A DNA stretch of 64,000 nucleotides from a virus (IMGVR_UViG_3300008113_000307:21919-85918), one strand, 5' to 3'; shown: positions 1 through 8,201, counted from the first letter of the stretch. Translations and numbers: made by a program. Notes: generated by a model from the sequence alone, not told the origin.

Positions 1-325
1 TCGATTGGGTCAAGAGTAGCAGAGTGGACAGCACAGTAGGCGATGACTGTAAATCAAGCAAAACCTTTAAATGCAAATGATGACGCATTTTTGATGGCCG
101 CCTGATAGGCACCATCTGAGTTTTGCTAGTTGAACTTGGAAACAGAATCAACTAGCCTTATTTCGCCGAAAATCGTAGACTTTTTGCGACCTGTCATATA
201 TAATAGCACTTATGAACAAACACATTGCACTGATCAACAACATAGCCCCTGAAGCGGCCGTGGCCTATGAGCACGATCGTCCGCCCGGTCTTTGTGAGTG
301 AGTAGAACCAACTGCCCCACACAAA

Positions 326-352
326 GACCCGCCAACTAAGCGGGTTTTTTTA
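326..352 (+). terminator. Rho-independent terminator
   Basis: GC stem cccgc/gcggg with 7-nt loop followed by T7 run. Confidence 0.6.
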
Positions 353-461
353 TGGCGGTAGACCAAAAATGCCACCTGTGTTACAATAGAAGCAAGTTAG
401 AGAGAAAAGGGCAGCAGAGTTTGTAAAGACCCGTCAAGTCAAAGGGCTTTTACAAAACCAG

Positions 462-490
462 TTGACCAGTATTGCACTCAGTGTTATACT
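462..490 (+). promoter_or_regulatory. sigma70-like promoter
   Basis: TTGACC -35, 17-nt spacer, TATACT -10, upstream of tRNA array. Confidence 0.5.
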
Positions 491-666
491 AGAGGCTAGT
501 TAGGAGAAACAGTCGATCGTGGCTGTGGATCAGATCGTTAAAAATTTATGTTTGTGTAGTGAACTCGGGTTAGCCCCGGGCACTATATGAGAACACACTT
601 GATTCCCCTGTAGCTACCCCTGGGAGTTCGTAAGAATCAACGTAGCCAAGTGTGGTCCCATATAGT

Positions 667-741
667 GGAGCGTTCGTCTATCGGTTAGGACATCAGGTTT
701 TCATCCTGAGAAGAGGGGTTCGACTCCCCTACGCTCTTCCA
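667..741 (+). tRNA. tRNA-Glu(TTC)
   Basis: Cloverleaf folded by hand: acceptor ggagcgt/acgctct, anticodon loop ttTTCat, T-loop ttcgact, encoded CCA. Confidence 0.65.
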
Positions 742-798
742 AGTTAGGGTGCTGTATACAGTTAAATGTGGTAGAACCGCAGCCGGAGATAGTATAAT

Positions 799-883
799 GG
801 AGAATCCGCCGCAATGGTGTGGCAGGGGACTGTAAATCCTCCGACTTCGGTCACGACTGGTTCGATCCCAGTATTCTCCACCA
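799..883 (+). tRNA. tRNA-Tyr(GTA), type II
   Basis: Acceptor ggagaat/attctcc, anticodon loop ctGTAaa, long variable arm, T-loop ttcgatc, CCA. Confidence 0.7.
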
Positions 884-1082
884 AGAACGTTCCAGCTAAT
901 CACTGGATAGTGTGACCCACACGATGAGAAGTGCAGTGATATGCACGGGTGGTAGTCTTCGAACCGAAAGGCCGCTAGCAATGCGACAACGGTCCCGGTC
1001 GGGAAGCGGGTGGAAGGTACGTGTGATGACTCCAAAGGTCTGATGTACTACAATTACCGCCGCGGGATGCAGAGCATTTTTG

Positions 1083-1240
1083 TTTTTATAGTTAAGCACC
1101 GATAAAGGTATCGTGTGGGGACGCTCACACTATTCGGGTCAAAGCGGCCGGCGACTGATCCTGAAACAACTGCTATCGGCTGTTGCACTCTTAGCGGAGT
1201 ACGCATAAATCAAGCATCTCTCGGTGCTTAACTATAAAAA
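1083..1240. repeat. Perfect 20-bp inverted repeat pair (1083-1102 and 1221-1240) enclosing 118 bp
   Basis: tttttatagttaagcaccga and its exact reverse complement; sits between tRNA-Tyr and tRNA-Asp. Confidence 0.6.
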
Positions 1241-1244
1241 TTTA

Positions 1245-1320
1245 GGTCTTAAAGTGTTCATGGACGCACGACGGCTTGTCACGCCGTAAGAGTGGGGATC
1301 GTTACCCCCTAAGACCGCCA
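1245..1320 (+). tRNA. tRNA-Asp(GTC), non-canonical T-loop ATCGTTA
   Basis: Acceptor ggtctta/taagacc, anticodon stem acggc/gccgt with loop ttGTCac, CCA; T-loop gggg-atcgtta-cccc. Confidence 0.55.
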
Positions 1321-1328
1321 AGTTTAAT

Positions 1329-1403
1329 GGGCTGTTAGTGATAATGGTAGCACGGGGCCTTTGCAAGGCTTAGGTGGGAGTTCGATCCTCCCACGGTCCA
1401 CCA
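1329..1403 (+). tRNA. tRNA-Ala(TGC)
   Basis: Acceptor gggctgt/acggtcc (G3:U70 present), anticodon loop ttTGCaa, T-loop ttcgatc, CCA. Confidence 0.65.
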
Positions 1404-1410
1404 AGTTTAT

Positions 1411-1490
1411 GTGCGTTTGGTCTAAATGTTAGGGCGTCATGACAGGGGGCTAATAACCTCAAGATGCGGGTTCGAATCCCGTAACGCACA
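1411..1490 (+). tRNA. tRNA, anticodon unresolved (possibly AAT)
   Basis: Acceptor gtgcgtt/aacgcac and canonical T-arm gcggg-ttcgaat-cccgt; central region has an extra gtcatgac hairpin; 3' end is ccg rather than CCA. Confidence 0.4.
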
Positions 1491-1496
1491 CCGTTT

Positions 1497-1573
1497 TGCA
1501 GCAATGGAGGGGTAGGGGGCATGTCCTCCGCATTCTAGATTCCCGCAGTGGTTCGAGTCCACTGGCTGCACCA
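1497..1573 (+). tRNA. tRNA-like element without a canonical anticodon arm
   Basis: Acceptor tgcagca/ggctgca 6/7, T-arm agtgg-ttcgagt-ccact, 5-bp ggagg/cctcc hairpin with 14-nt loop; contains ttCTAga but no flanking stem. Confidence 0.3.
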
Positions 1574-2030
1574 AGTTTTGCTTAGTTAGTATCAGAAAGT
1601 GTGTTTAATTGGGGCAACGAACTTTTACTCTGCCCGAGGAGTGGTATCGTAAAGATATATGGACCACCTTTACACAGTGCAATCAAGTTTTGTTAGTATA
1701 TGATAGAGTAATGTTCCAGGGTGTGGATTCCCTACTATCTTGTGGATAAGCCCGTTCGAATCGGGTCAATAGAGAACATTCTAACAGATCAAGTTTTGTA
1801 GCGTCGGCAAGAGAAAGGCACACTGGCAAGATTCTTCGAAGATCAAGTCAGTGTAGAGCAGAAGGGGGTTCGACTCCCCGCCATTCGGAAGAATGGTAGC
1901 TGTAGTGGTAGCGTCTGGTCGAGTATCCCAAGCGACATGTCCTGGAAAACCTCGACGTTAGGAAAGTCCGGCTCTGAACGTCTAAACACCAGCAATAAAC
2001 CTGAGGATGCTGGGCTACAAATTCAACATC

Positions 2031-2105
2031 GGGGGCAGCAGAGGGCTGCGGTGTTCGCTGGCAGCGATCATGTCTAGAGGGGTTCGATACCCCCGGTCTC
2101 CACCA
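2031..2105 (+). tRNA. tRNA-like element with Ala-type acceptor (G3:U70), no anticodon arm
   Basis: Acceptor gggggca/ggtctcc + A + CCA, T-arm gggg-ttcgata-cccc, two short hairpins in place of D/anticodon arms. Confidence 0.35.
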
Positions 2106-2110
2106 AATAC

Positions 2111-2185
2111 ATCGCATTGGACTTCAGGTGAGGTCATCACCCTTTCAAGGTGACTAGACGGGATCGTTACCCGTATGCGATACCA
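2111..2185 (+). tRNA. tRNA-Glu(TTC) variant, T-loop ATCGTTA, A1:U72
   Basis: Acceptor atcgcat/atgcgat, D-stem gact/ggtc, anticodon stem tcacc/ggtga with loop ctTTCaa, CCA. Confidence 0.55.
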
Positions 2186-2239
2186 TTCTTGAAAATAATC
2201 GAACCTAGCTAAATACTCTTATAAACATAAGGGTTCGAT

Positions 2240-2740
2240 ATGACAAAAGTTTGTCCAAAATGTAATTCAGAGCATCATAAAAATGGCACATTTTGCAGTA
2301 GAAAATGTGCCAACAGTAGAACATTCAGTGAAGAATCTAAGATTAAAAAATCTTTAGCAAGTAAAAAACATTATCAATCACTTAGTGAAGATGATAAAAA
2401 TAAAATTAACAAACGTCTCAAAGAGTTGTCCATTAACACTCAGGGGTATCGATTAGAACTTTTGCTCTCAAAAGAGTTTTCAACCTTAGCGTATCAGAGC
2501 AAGAGAAAGCGAGTTTTGATAGAACAAGAATTTAAATGCAAAAAATGCAATATAGATACTTGGTTTGGTAAACCATTGACTCTAGAATTGGAGCATATCG
2601 ATGGCAATCATCAAAATGATATTAGGTCAAATTTAATAGCATTGTGTCCAAACTGCCATAGTTTAACTGAAACATGGAGGGGACGCAATAGAAAGAACAA
2701 ATTACCCCCAGTAGCTCAAGGAGAGCAGGTCGTTTTATAA
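2240..2740 (+). CDS. HNH homing endonuclease
   Basis: N-terminal Cys-rich region and HNH motif EHIDGNHQND...NLIALCPNCHS; low GC; inserted among tRNA genes. Confidence 0.8.
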   Translation: MTKVCPKCNSEHHKNGTFCSRKCANSRTFSEESKIKKSLASKKHYQSLSEDDKNKINKRLKELSINTQGYRLELLLSKEFSTLAYQSKRKRVLIEQEFKCKKCNIDTWFGKPLTLELEHIDGNHQNDIRSNLIALCPNCHSLTETWRGRNRKNKLPPVAQGEQVVL

Positions 2741-2794
2741 GCGATTAATCTAGATAAGGTCCAGGATGAGGTTCGATTCCTCACTGGGGGACCA
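2705..2794 (+). tRNA. tRNA, long variable region, anticodon probably TAT
   Basis: Acceptor cccccag/ctggggg perfect, D-stem gctc/gagc, anticodon stem gtcgt/gcgat with loop ttTATaa, T-loop ttcgatt, CCA; 5' end overlaps last 36 nt of HNH gene. Confidence 0.4.
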
Positions 2795-3253
2795 AGAAAC
2801 TTCATCTGGGTTCAATTCCCGGCGGGGGTACCAAGTTAAACAAGTCAGGTGTGAACAAGAGGTTGATCACCAGCCCAGCTGCCAGGGACTACTATCGATC
2901 CACATCTCTGATCGGATGGAAACATCGCGACAACTGCTGATCACAGTTACTCATGTCAGTGGAAGGAAGTCTCGGCTTTGTGCCGACAGTACCTTTAAAC
3001 GCAAGGCAGTGCCTGACTTGTTTATCCAAAATCAGTTGACACTTATTCCAGAGTCAGCTACAATACACACATGCCAACTAATACTTGGTATTAGTGAACT
3101 CATTACGTGCACCATTCTGCGGGCTCTCAGGATTGCAAGATCCCGTATCCCAAGGTTGTCAGCGGGTAGACATGGAAGTCGCTGTGCTCCGAGCACAGAA
3201 AGACGCCGTGGTAGTGAGGTCACTAATACAAAGAATTTTGGCAACATTGACAG

Positions 3254-3282
3254 TTGACATGATTCACTGTTGATGTTACAAT
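3254..3282 (+). promoter_or_regulatory. sigma70-like promoter
   Basis: TTGACA-17-TACAAT; downstream region has no convincing ORF. Confidence 0.45.
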
Positions 3283-3791
3283 AAAGATTACAGGGCAGCG
3301 TAATGTCCTGTACAGTTGGGTTCGCCCAGCTGTGCAAAAGATAACTGTGGTGACACAGCCAAAGGAGGTATGCCTACATAACTCCGCCAGCAAAGGTCTG
3401 GTTACGCAAGCCTGCTCACTAGGGTGACCTAGCGATCACTGATAAGACCGGTGGTTGTAACAACGACGCTGGATGTTGTGGAAAGAACGTTTGCCGACAA
3501 GCCTGAGATTGTATCAAGGGGAACTTGGGTAGATGGAAAGTAACAGGTGGTGCTGACTTCACAACTAAACCAGTCCAGTTAGTTAGTATGAGAAAGGGTA
3601 GTGTACATGTCCGAGGGGTTGCACCCAAGGGCTAGTATGCAGTTTGAGTGGTAGGTGGGACTGTCAGCAATGGCGGGGTCACACTGATCGCAAAAGACGA
3701 CTGAGTAGCTCGCAAGGCCAAAGGTACGTGGTGTGTTGTATTGGGTAGAGCAAAACTTTATTCAGCAACTGTGTCAGCACATCGCAGTAGG

Positions 3792-3864
3792 TTCAGTTAT
3801 AGCACAATGGTAGTGCATCTCCCTGTTAAGGAGACGGCTGAAGGTTCAACTCCTTCTAACGTTT
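3792..3864 (+). tRNA. tRNA-Asn(GTT), acceptor pairing imperfect
   Basis: D-arm gcac-aatggta-gtgc, anticodon stem tctcc/ggaga with loop ctGTTaa, T-arm gaagg-ttcaact-ccttc. Confidence 0.4.
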
Positions 3865-4128
3865 AAAAAGCAAAGACTGACACGGCGGTATGTGAAAAGC
3901 ATCTAATACTTGACACGCAAGTGAATCAAGTCCAACGTAGCTCGCAAGGTGAAATTGGTTTATGCAGGAAGTTTCGTAAGGTGTTAGCGCACTTGAATGG
4001 CTAGGTGCTGTTAGGTAAGCATGTAATCTCAGTGCTCCACTATTCTAAAACACATTACCCCCGTAAAACGGTCTATACTAGTCACTAACCGAGTTGTTGT
4101 GTAGTGTGTTTCAGAATGGTAAATATAT

Positions 4129-4202
4129 CGCGGGTAGGGTGGCCACCACACCGGTCTCATAAGCCAGGTGCATCGGCAGTTCGAATCTGTCACCCGCATC
4201 CA
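4129..4202 (+). tRNA. tRNA-Met(CAT), initiator-like (C1-A72 mismatch)
   Basis: Acceptor cgcgggt/acccgca with 1-72 mismatch, anticodon loop ctCATaa, T-arm ggcag-ttcgaat-ctgtc, CCA. Confidence 0.5.
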
Positions 4203-4248
4203 GTTTTTTGGCGTGTTGTATAAATACAACATAAAATTTTTCACTTGG

Positions 4249-4277
4249 TTGACAACATCGACTAAGTACAGTACAAT
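4249..4277 (+). promoter_or_regulatory. sigma70-like promoter of a short transcription unit
   Basis: TTGACA-17-TACAAT; ATG 4285 and terminator at 4443-4475. Confidence 0.5.
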
Positions 4278-4442
4278 AGGACACATGATGAAACAACAAT
4301 TCTGTTCACAGCTGACCAAACCCACAATGCTCCAGACATCCGTCTGGTCGCACGGTTTTGGCCGCGTGAATAGTATTCCAGGCATCAGGGTCCACGAAGG
4401 TTGGGACGATTAACAAGTCGTAACACACACAAACTTCAAAGA

Positions 4443-4475
4443 CCCTGGAACTCAAAACTCCAGGGTTTTTCTTTT
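4443..4475 (+). terminator. Rho-independent terminator
   Basis: ccctgga-actcaaaact-tccaggg stem-loop followed by tttttctttt. Confidence 0.7.
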
Positions 4476-4685
4476 AGTGCAAGGCAACGCGAGCCGGCAA
4501 CACTCAAAACTGCAAATGAGGGCGTCCTCGGGGATGAGAAGCACTTCTTGTAGTGTGTGAAAAAACCGAGCGTATCGAAGAGGATTGTTCTCTTAACTGA
4601 GCATCCGCGGAGAGGAACTAATATTATGTTCGACTGACTCAACAGTCTTCTTCGATACCTGCATTGGCAACAGTGCAGTAAATTT

Positions 4686-4759
4686 ACCCGCATAGCTCAA
4701 AGGTAGAGCACACGCTTGATAAGCGTTAGACCAAGGATCGTTACCTTGTGTGGGTACCA
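4686..4759 (+). tRNA. tRNA-Ile(GAT), T-loop ATCGTTA
   Basis: Acceptor acccgca/tgtgggt, anticodon loop ttGATaa, CCA. Confidence 0.55.
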
Positions 4760-4765
4760 AATTTT

Positions 4766-4840
4766 ATCTCTCTGGTGTAATGGCAGCACATCGGCCTCCA
4801 AAGCCGTAAGGTCAGGGTTCGAGTCCTTGGGGGGATGCCA
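4766..4840 (+). tRNA. tRNA-Trp(CCA)
   Basis: Acceptor atctctc/gggggat (GU pairs), anticodon stem cggc/gccg with loop ctCCAaa, T-loop ttcgagt, G discriminator, CCA. Confidence 0.65.
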
Positions 4841-4848
4841 ATTTTTGT

Positions 4849-4922
4849 TCGGGAATTGTGTAATGGTAGCACAACAGACTTTGACTCTGTTAGCCTAGGT
4901 TCGATCCCTAGTTCCCGTGCCA
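4849..4922 (+). tRNA. tRNA-Gln(TTG)
   Basis: Anticodon stem acaga/tctgt with loop ctTTGac, T-arm ctagg-ttcgatc-cctag, G discriminator, CCA. Confidence 0.55.
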
Positions 4923-4932
4923 GTTTTTGTAT

Positions 4933-5011
4933 TCCACAGAACCCGAGCGTGGTGCATGGGCCGGACTGTTAATCCGTGGTTAGCTGGGATCGTCACCCAG
5001 ATGTGGAGCCA
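4933..5011 (+). tRNA. tRNA-Asn(GTT) variant, T-loop ATCGTCA
   Basis: Acceptor tccacag/atgtgga, anticodon loop ctGTTaa resembling E. coli tRNA-Asn, CCA. Confidence 0.5.
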
Positions 5012-5017
5012 AGTTTT

Positions 5018-5093
5018 CTCCGTATAGCGTAATCTGGTAGCGTTCCTGGTTTGGGGCCAGGAGGTTGGGGTTCAAATCCTCATATGGAGACCA
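5018..5093 (+). tRNA. tRNA-Pro(TGG)
   Basis: Acceptor ctccgta/tatggag, anticodon stem tcctgg/ccagga with loop ttTGGgg, T-loop ttcaaat, CCA. Confidence 0.6.
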
Positions 5094-5101
5094 AAAATTT
5101 G

Positions 5102-5130
5102 TTGACAGTAACCGCTGTTGACTATATAAT
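5102..5130 (+). promoter_or_regulatory. sigma70 consensus promoter
   Basis: TTGACA-17-TATAAT immediately upstream of tRNA-Asn. Confidence 0.6.
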
Positions 5131-5148
5131 ACAAACAACAAAGTATGT

Positions 5149-5223
5149 TCCTCAGTAGCTCAGCGGTAGAGCAATCGGCTGTTAACCGATCGGTCATTGG
5201 TTCGATCCCAGTCTGAGGAGCCA
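5149..5223 (+). tRNA. tRNA-Asn(GTT)
   Basis: Acceptor tcctcag/ctgagga perfect, anticodon loop ctGTTaa, near-identical in outline to E. coli tRNA-Asn, CCA. Confidence 0.8.
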
Positions 5224-5281
5224 AAATAAAAAGCGGATGACCTTTCTGCTCTTTTGTATAAATAAAACAAAGGAGCATGAT

Positions 5282-5671
5282 ATGAATGTGAATCAAAAAG
5301 GAAACATTGGCTTATTAAAAGTTATTAGTGATTTGTATAACAAAGGTTTTACAGCGTTTAAACCGTTTGATGACTACAATCCAGTGGATTTGATTGCTAT
5401 GGAATCGTCTGGAAAAACGTTTAGACTACAAGTAAAATATCGTAGTATGGATCCTAAAAGAAAAAGATATGAAATTTCTGCACAATCTATAGTTAATAGC
5501 AAAGCTGTGCCAATAGATAGAAATCTAATAGATTTTTGGGCAGTATATTTGGCAGATCTAGATCAAGTGGTCTATATGCCGGTTAGTATTATGGAGGGCA
5601 AAGGAGTCCACTATATTACTGAGAGACAATTAGGTGAGATGGATGAGAGGTTGAAATCGGCACCCTGCTAA
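5282..5671 (+). CDS. PD-(D/E)XK family nuclease (Hjc/Holliday-junction-resolvase-like)
   Basis: RBS aaaggag then ATG; motif GNIGLLKVISDLYNKGF...PVDLIAME...RLQVK matches the D-x-E-x-K restriction-endonuclease fold; low GC; 3' end overlaps tRNA-Ser. Confidence 0.5.
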   Translation: MNVNQKGNIGLLKVISDLYNKGFTAFKPFDDYNPVDLIAMESSGKTFRLQVKYRSMDPKRKRYEISAQSIVNSKAVPIDRNLIDFWAVYLADLDQVVYMPVSIMEGKGVHYITERQLGEMDERLKSAPC

Positions 5672-5724
5672 GGTGTTTTCTTGGGAAACCAGGGACGTGG
5701 GTTCGAATCCCACTTTCACCACCA
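5633..5724 (+). tRNA. tRNA-Ser(GCT), type II
   Basis: Acceptor ggtgaga/tttcacc, anticodon loop ctGCTaa, long variable arm cttgg-gaaa-ccagg, T-loop ttcgaat, CCA. Confidence 0.6.
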
Positions 5725-5753
5725 ATTTAGAGTTTAGCAAACTCAAACAATTC

Positions 5754-5827
5754 GCCCTGTTAGTTAAGTGGCATAACGCCTGTTTTGTAATCAGGAGTTG
5801 GCAGTTCGATTCTGTCACGGGGCACCA
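5754..5827 (+). tRNA. tRNA-Thr(TGT)
   Basis: Acceptor gccctgt/acggggc, D-arm gtta-agtggca-taac, anticodon loop ttTGTaa, CCA. Confidence 0.55.
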
Positions 5828-5835
5828 ATTAAAAT

Positions 5836-5911
5836 GCGGGTGTAGCTCAGTTGGTAGAGCACTTCCTTGCCAAGGAAGATGTCAGGAGTTCGAGCCTCCT
5901 TACCCGCTCCA
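5836..5911 (+). tRNA. tRNA-Gly(GCC)
   Basis: Acceptor gcgggtg/tacccgc, anticodon stem cttcc/ggaag with loop ttGCCaa, T-loop ttcgagc, CCA. Confidence 0.7.
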
Positions 5912-6009
5912 ATTTTTGTAGAGATGCAAGTGCCAAACTGAGCGCATGCTCACCGGTGCATCCCGGCTATGCCTAGATATTGGCTCTGGGCTTACTACAT
6001 TTTTCTTTT

Positions 6010-6083
6010 GCTCTTGTAGTTAAGTGGTATAACGAATCCATGGTAAGGATTAATCGACAGTTCGATTCTGTACTTGAGCACCA
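6010..6083 (+). tRNA. tRNA-Thr(GGT), acceptor has 2 mismatches
   Basis: D-arm gtta-agtggta-taac, anticodon stem aatcc/ggatt with loop atGGTaa, CCA. Confidence 0.45.
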
Positions 6084-6137
6084 CCCAACCGGCCCATACC
6101 ATCCCTTGACGAGCAGGTCCCTGGGCTTTGTTTTCGC

Positions 6138-6213
6138 GCCGCGGTAGCTCATCAGGTAGAGCAGCAGACTGAAAATCTGTGTGTGGCTGGTTCGAGTCCA
6201 GCTCGTGGCACCA
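6138..6213 (+). tRNA. tRNA-Phe(GAA)
   Basis: Acceptor gccgcgg/tcgtggc, anticodon stem gcaga/tctgt with loop ctGAAaa, T-loop ttcgagt, CCA. Confidence 0.7.
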
Positions 6214-6219
6214 TCTAAT

Positions 6220-6297
6220 GCGTCTTTAGCTCAGTTGGAATAGAGCACTGGTTTACGAAACCGGGGGTCGGGAGTTCGAGTCTCTCAGGACGCACCA
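6220..6297 (+). tRNA. tRNA-Arg(ACG)
   Basis: Acceptor gcgtctt/aggacgc, anticodon stem ctggt/accgg with loop ttACGaa, CCA. Confidence 0.7.
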
Positions 6298-6302
6298 CAC
6301 AG

Positions 6303-6331
6303 TTGACAACAATTGCAGATTGTTGTATAAT
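6303..6331 (+). promoter_or_regulatory. sigma70 consensus promoter
   Basis: TTGACA-17-TATAAT upstream of the second tRNA sub-cluster. Confidence 0.6.
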
Positions 6332-6443
6332 TAAGACTTAAACAAAAAGGTTACACTATGAAACGCTCAGGCAAACCCTAGTGTCATCCTGGTCCCCCGT
6401 ATGGTCCTGGATGGCACGTAAAAGACAATCTATTACGATCCAT

Positions 6444-6518
6444 CCATGCTAAACTTTGCTGGCGAAGTACCCGGCTCTTACCCGGACAAACTGAGTTCGA
6501 TTCTCAGAGCATGGACCA
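6444..6518 (+). tRNA. tRNA-Lys(CTT)
   Basis: Acceptor ccatgct/agcatgg perfect, D-stem actt/aagt, anticodon stem ccgg/ccgg with loop ctCTTac, T-loop ttcgatt, CCA. Confidence 0.5.
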
Positions 6519-6521
6519 TAT

Positions 6522-6596
6522 GGGGGCATAACTTAACGGCTAAAGTAGTCGGCTTTTAACCGACCTATCAGAGTTCAATTCTCTGTGCCCCTACCA
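6522..6596 (+). tRNA. tRNA-Lys(TTT)
   Basis: Acceptor gggggca/tgcccct, anticodon stem gtcgg/ccgac with loop ctTTTaa, T-loop ttcaatt, CCA. Confidence 0.7.
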
Positions 6597-6668
6597 TATG
6601 CAAACACATTAACAGCGTCGTGCCGGTCGCCGGACTTAGGTTGAATTCCTAATAGTGTGTTTACATAT

Positions 6669-6743
6669 GGTGTCGTTAGTTTAGTGGCAAAACCGCGGAT
6701 TGTGATTCCGCTATCATGAGTTCAATTCTCATACGATACCCCA
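6669..6743 (+). tRNA. tRNA-His(GTG) with extra 5' G(-1)
   Basis: Extra 5' g, acceptor gtgtcgt/acgatac, anticodon stem gcgga/tccgc with loop ttGTGat, C discriminator, CCA. Confidence 0.7.
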
Positions 6744-6789
6744 CATACCAAAATTACATAAGTTAGACTTAATCTACATAATTAATAAT

Positions 6790-7833
6790 ATGACAAATCA
6801 GTATAGTGACGTTCTCAATACTCATAAAATCATGTTCAACGATTCTATTAGAAATAATTTTTACAAAAAAATTTTAACTGGTTGCGTTGAGAACAAGCAC
6901 TGCGTAGAAGTGGGGTTTGGTACTGGCATTTTATCTGTTATTGCATGTGATCTTGGTGCAAAACATGTGATTGCATATGAGCACAATCTCGACACATACA
7001 ACTTTGGTCAGGAAATGATCAAAACTTTAAACTTGACCGACAGAATTTTATTGCTTAATGAAACATTTGAACCTTCCAAACTATCACAACATCATAAGAT
7101 AGATGTAATGTTTTCTGAAACAGTTGATAATGCGTTATGGGGGGAAGGTTGGTATCTCAATACATTTATTGATGACCCAAACATAAACATACTGCCCAAC
7201 AAATATTTTTTCGAATCTTTTTGTATTGAAGTCGAAGATAATTATGCTCAAGGGCTACTAATGGGTCCTGAACACTTGTGTAATCCAGGCATACCCATCA
7301 ATCATCAATTTGTTGATTTTATTAATCAACATCTCACATCTGGTGGTAGTAAAGATACGGTTGTATCTAAAATTGACGAGTATTACACTAATAAAATAGT
7401 TGACATAAGTTTGGCCAATCAAGGTACTTTTTGGGGATGGCACACCCAACTAATGGAAGCGTTTGATATTAGACAGAAAGTTGCCGATTTTCAATATGCA
7501 TTAGACCTTAACAAAAAAAACATAATTTTAACAGACAAATATAAAACAACTATAAAAAAAATAAACCCAGATTTATCGTCGATAGAATTTCAACTAAAAA
7601 TGGAAAATCCCGATTCTAATTATCTAATATTTTTTAGAGTAGGATTAGAATCCGGCAACGAAAAATTTTATTTAGATAGCGGACATTTTGGACCTTTCAG
7701 TTCAGCGTTTTTACTGAGAAGTTCTTCTAAAAATAAAATAGTAAATCTTTCACATAATTTGTTCGATGGCGGAATAACTGCTGAATACAATAAAAAAATT
7801 ATCAAAAAAGTTGCTTCGGATAATTGGGCATGA
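6790..7833 (+). CDS. Class I SAM-dependent methyltransferase, PRMT-like
   Basis: NDSIRNNFYKKIL, motif I VEVGFGTGILS, and IDVMFSETVDNALWGEGW resemble type I protein arginine methyltransferases; strongly AT-rich. Confidence 0.55.
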   Translation: MTNQYSDVLNTHKIMFNDSIRNNFYKKILTGCVENKHCVEVGFGTGILSVIACDLGAKHVIAYEHNLDTYNFGQEMIKTLNLTDRILLLNETFEPSKLSQHHKIDVMFSETVDNALWGEGWYLNTFIDDPNINILPNKYFFESFCIEVEDNYAQGLLMGPEHLCNPGIPINHQFVDFINQHLTSGGSKDTVVSKIDEYYTNKIVDISLANQGTFWGWHTQLMEAFDIRQKVADFQYALDLNKKNIILTDKYKTTIKKINPDLSSIEFQLKMENPDSNYLIFFRVGLESGNEKFYLDSGHFGPFSSAFLLRSSSKNKIVNLSHNLFDGGITAEYNKKIIKKVASDNWA

Positions 7834-7872
7834 CCTATTGCAACAATTAGGTTGGCCTTTCAACATAGACAT

Positions 7873-7947
7873 GGAAGTATAGCACAGCGGTAGTGCAGCA
7901 CCTTCATACGGTGTTGGTCAGTAGTTCGAATCTACTTACTTCCACCA
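7873..7947 (+). tRNA. tRNA-Met(CAT) (elongator Met or Ile2 precursor)
   Basis: Acceptor ggaagta/tacttcc perfect, anticodon stem gcacc/ggtgt with loop ttCATac, T-loop ttcgaat, CCA. Confidence 0.65.
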
Positions 7948-7948
7948 T

Positions 7949-8023
7949 GGGCCTTTGGTGAAATGGATATCATGCTGGTCTTCGAAACCAGCGGTGGGAG
8001 TTCGATCCTCTCAGGGCCCGCCA
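7949..8023 (+). tRNA. tRNA-Arg(TCG)
   Basis: Acceptor gggcctt/agggccc, anticodon stem ctggt/accag with loop ctTCGaa, CCA. Confidence 0.6.
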
Positions 8024-8201
8024 GTTATAACGATGCAATGAATCGCCTGGCTGATTCAGCGTCAACAAAATAGAACATGCGCAGGCTGTCGTCGTAAATA
8101 TCATTGACAATGATGTAGCCTGTGTTGTCGTTGCTCATGCTGAGATGGATTTGAATTCCGTCTGCGGTGAGAGTGTCGTAGATGTACATAAGTTTATTTA
8201 A

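Noticed and set aside
1957-1967. 11-mer ggaaagtccgg identical to the RNase P RNA CR-I core
   Set aside because: None of the other conserved RNase P regions (AGGGCA, GGTAA, ACAGAACCCGGCTTA) are nearby, and the surrounding 250 nt is too short for RNase P RNA.
1500-2200. Possible complete or permuted tmRNA around the Ala-type tRNA-like domain
   Set aside because: No tag-peptide frame (ending ALAA-type) and no pseudoknot series or complementary 5' acceptor partner was found upstream. Only the tRNA-like domain is reported.
2184-2840. HNH gene as part of a group I intron splitting a tRNA
   Set aside because: No tRNA 5' half is present upstream of the HNH ORF. The downstream tRNA is intact at 90 nt. 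I could not identify conserved intron elements by eye.
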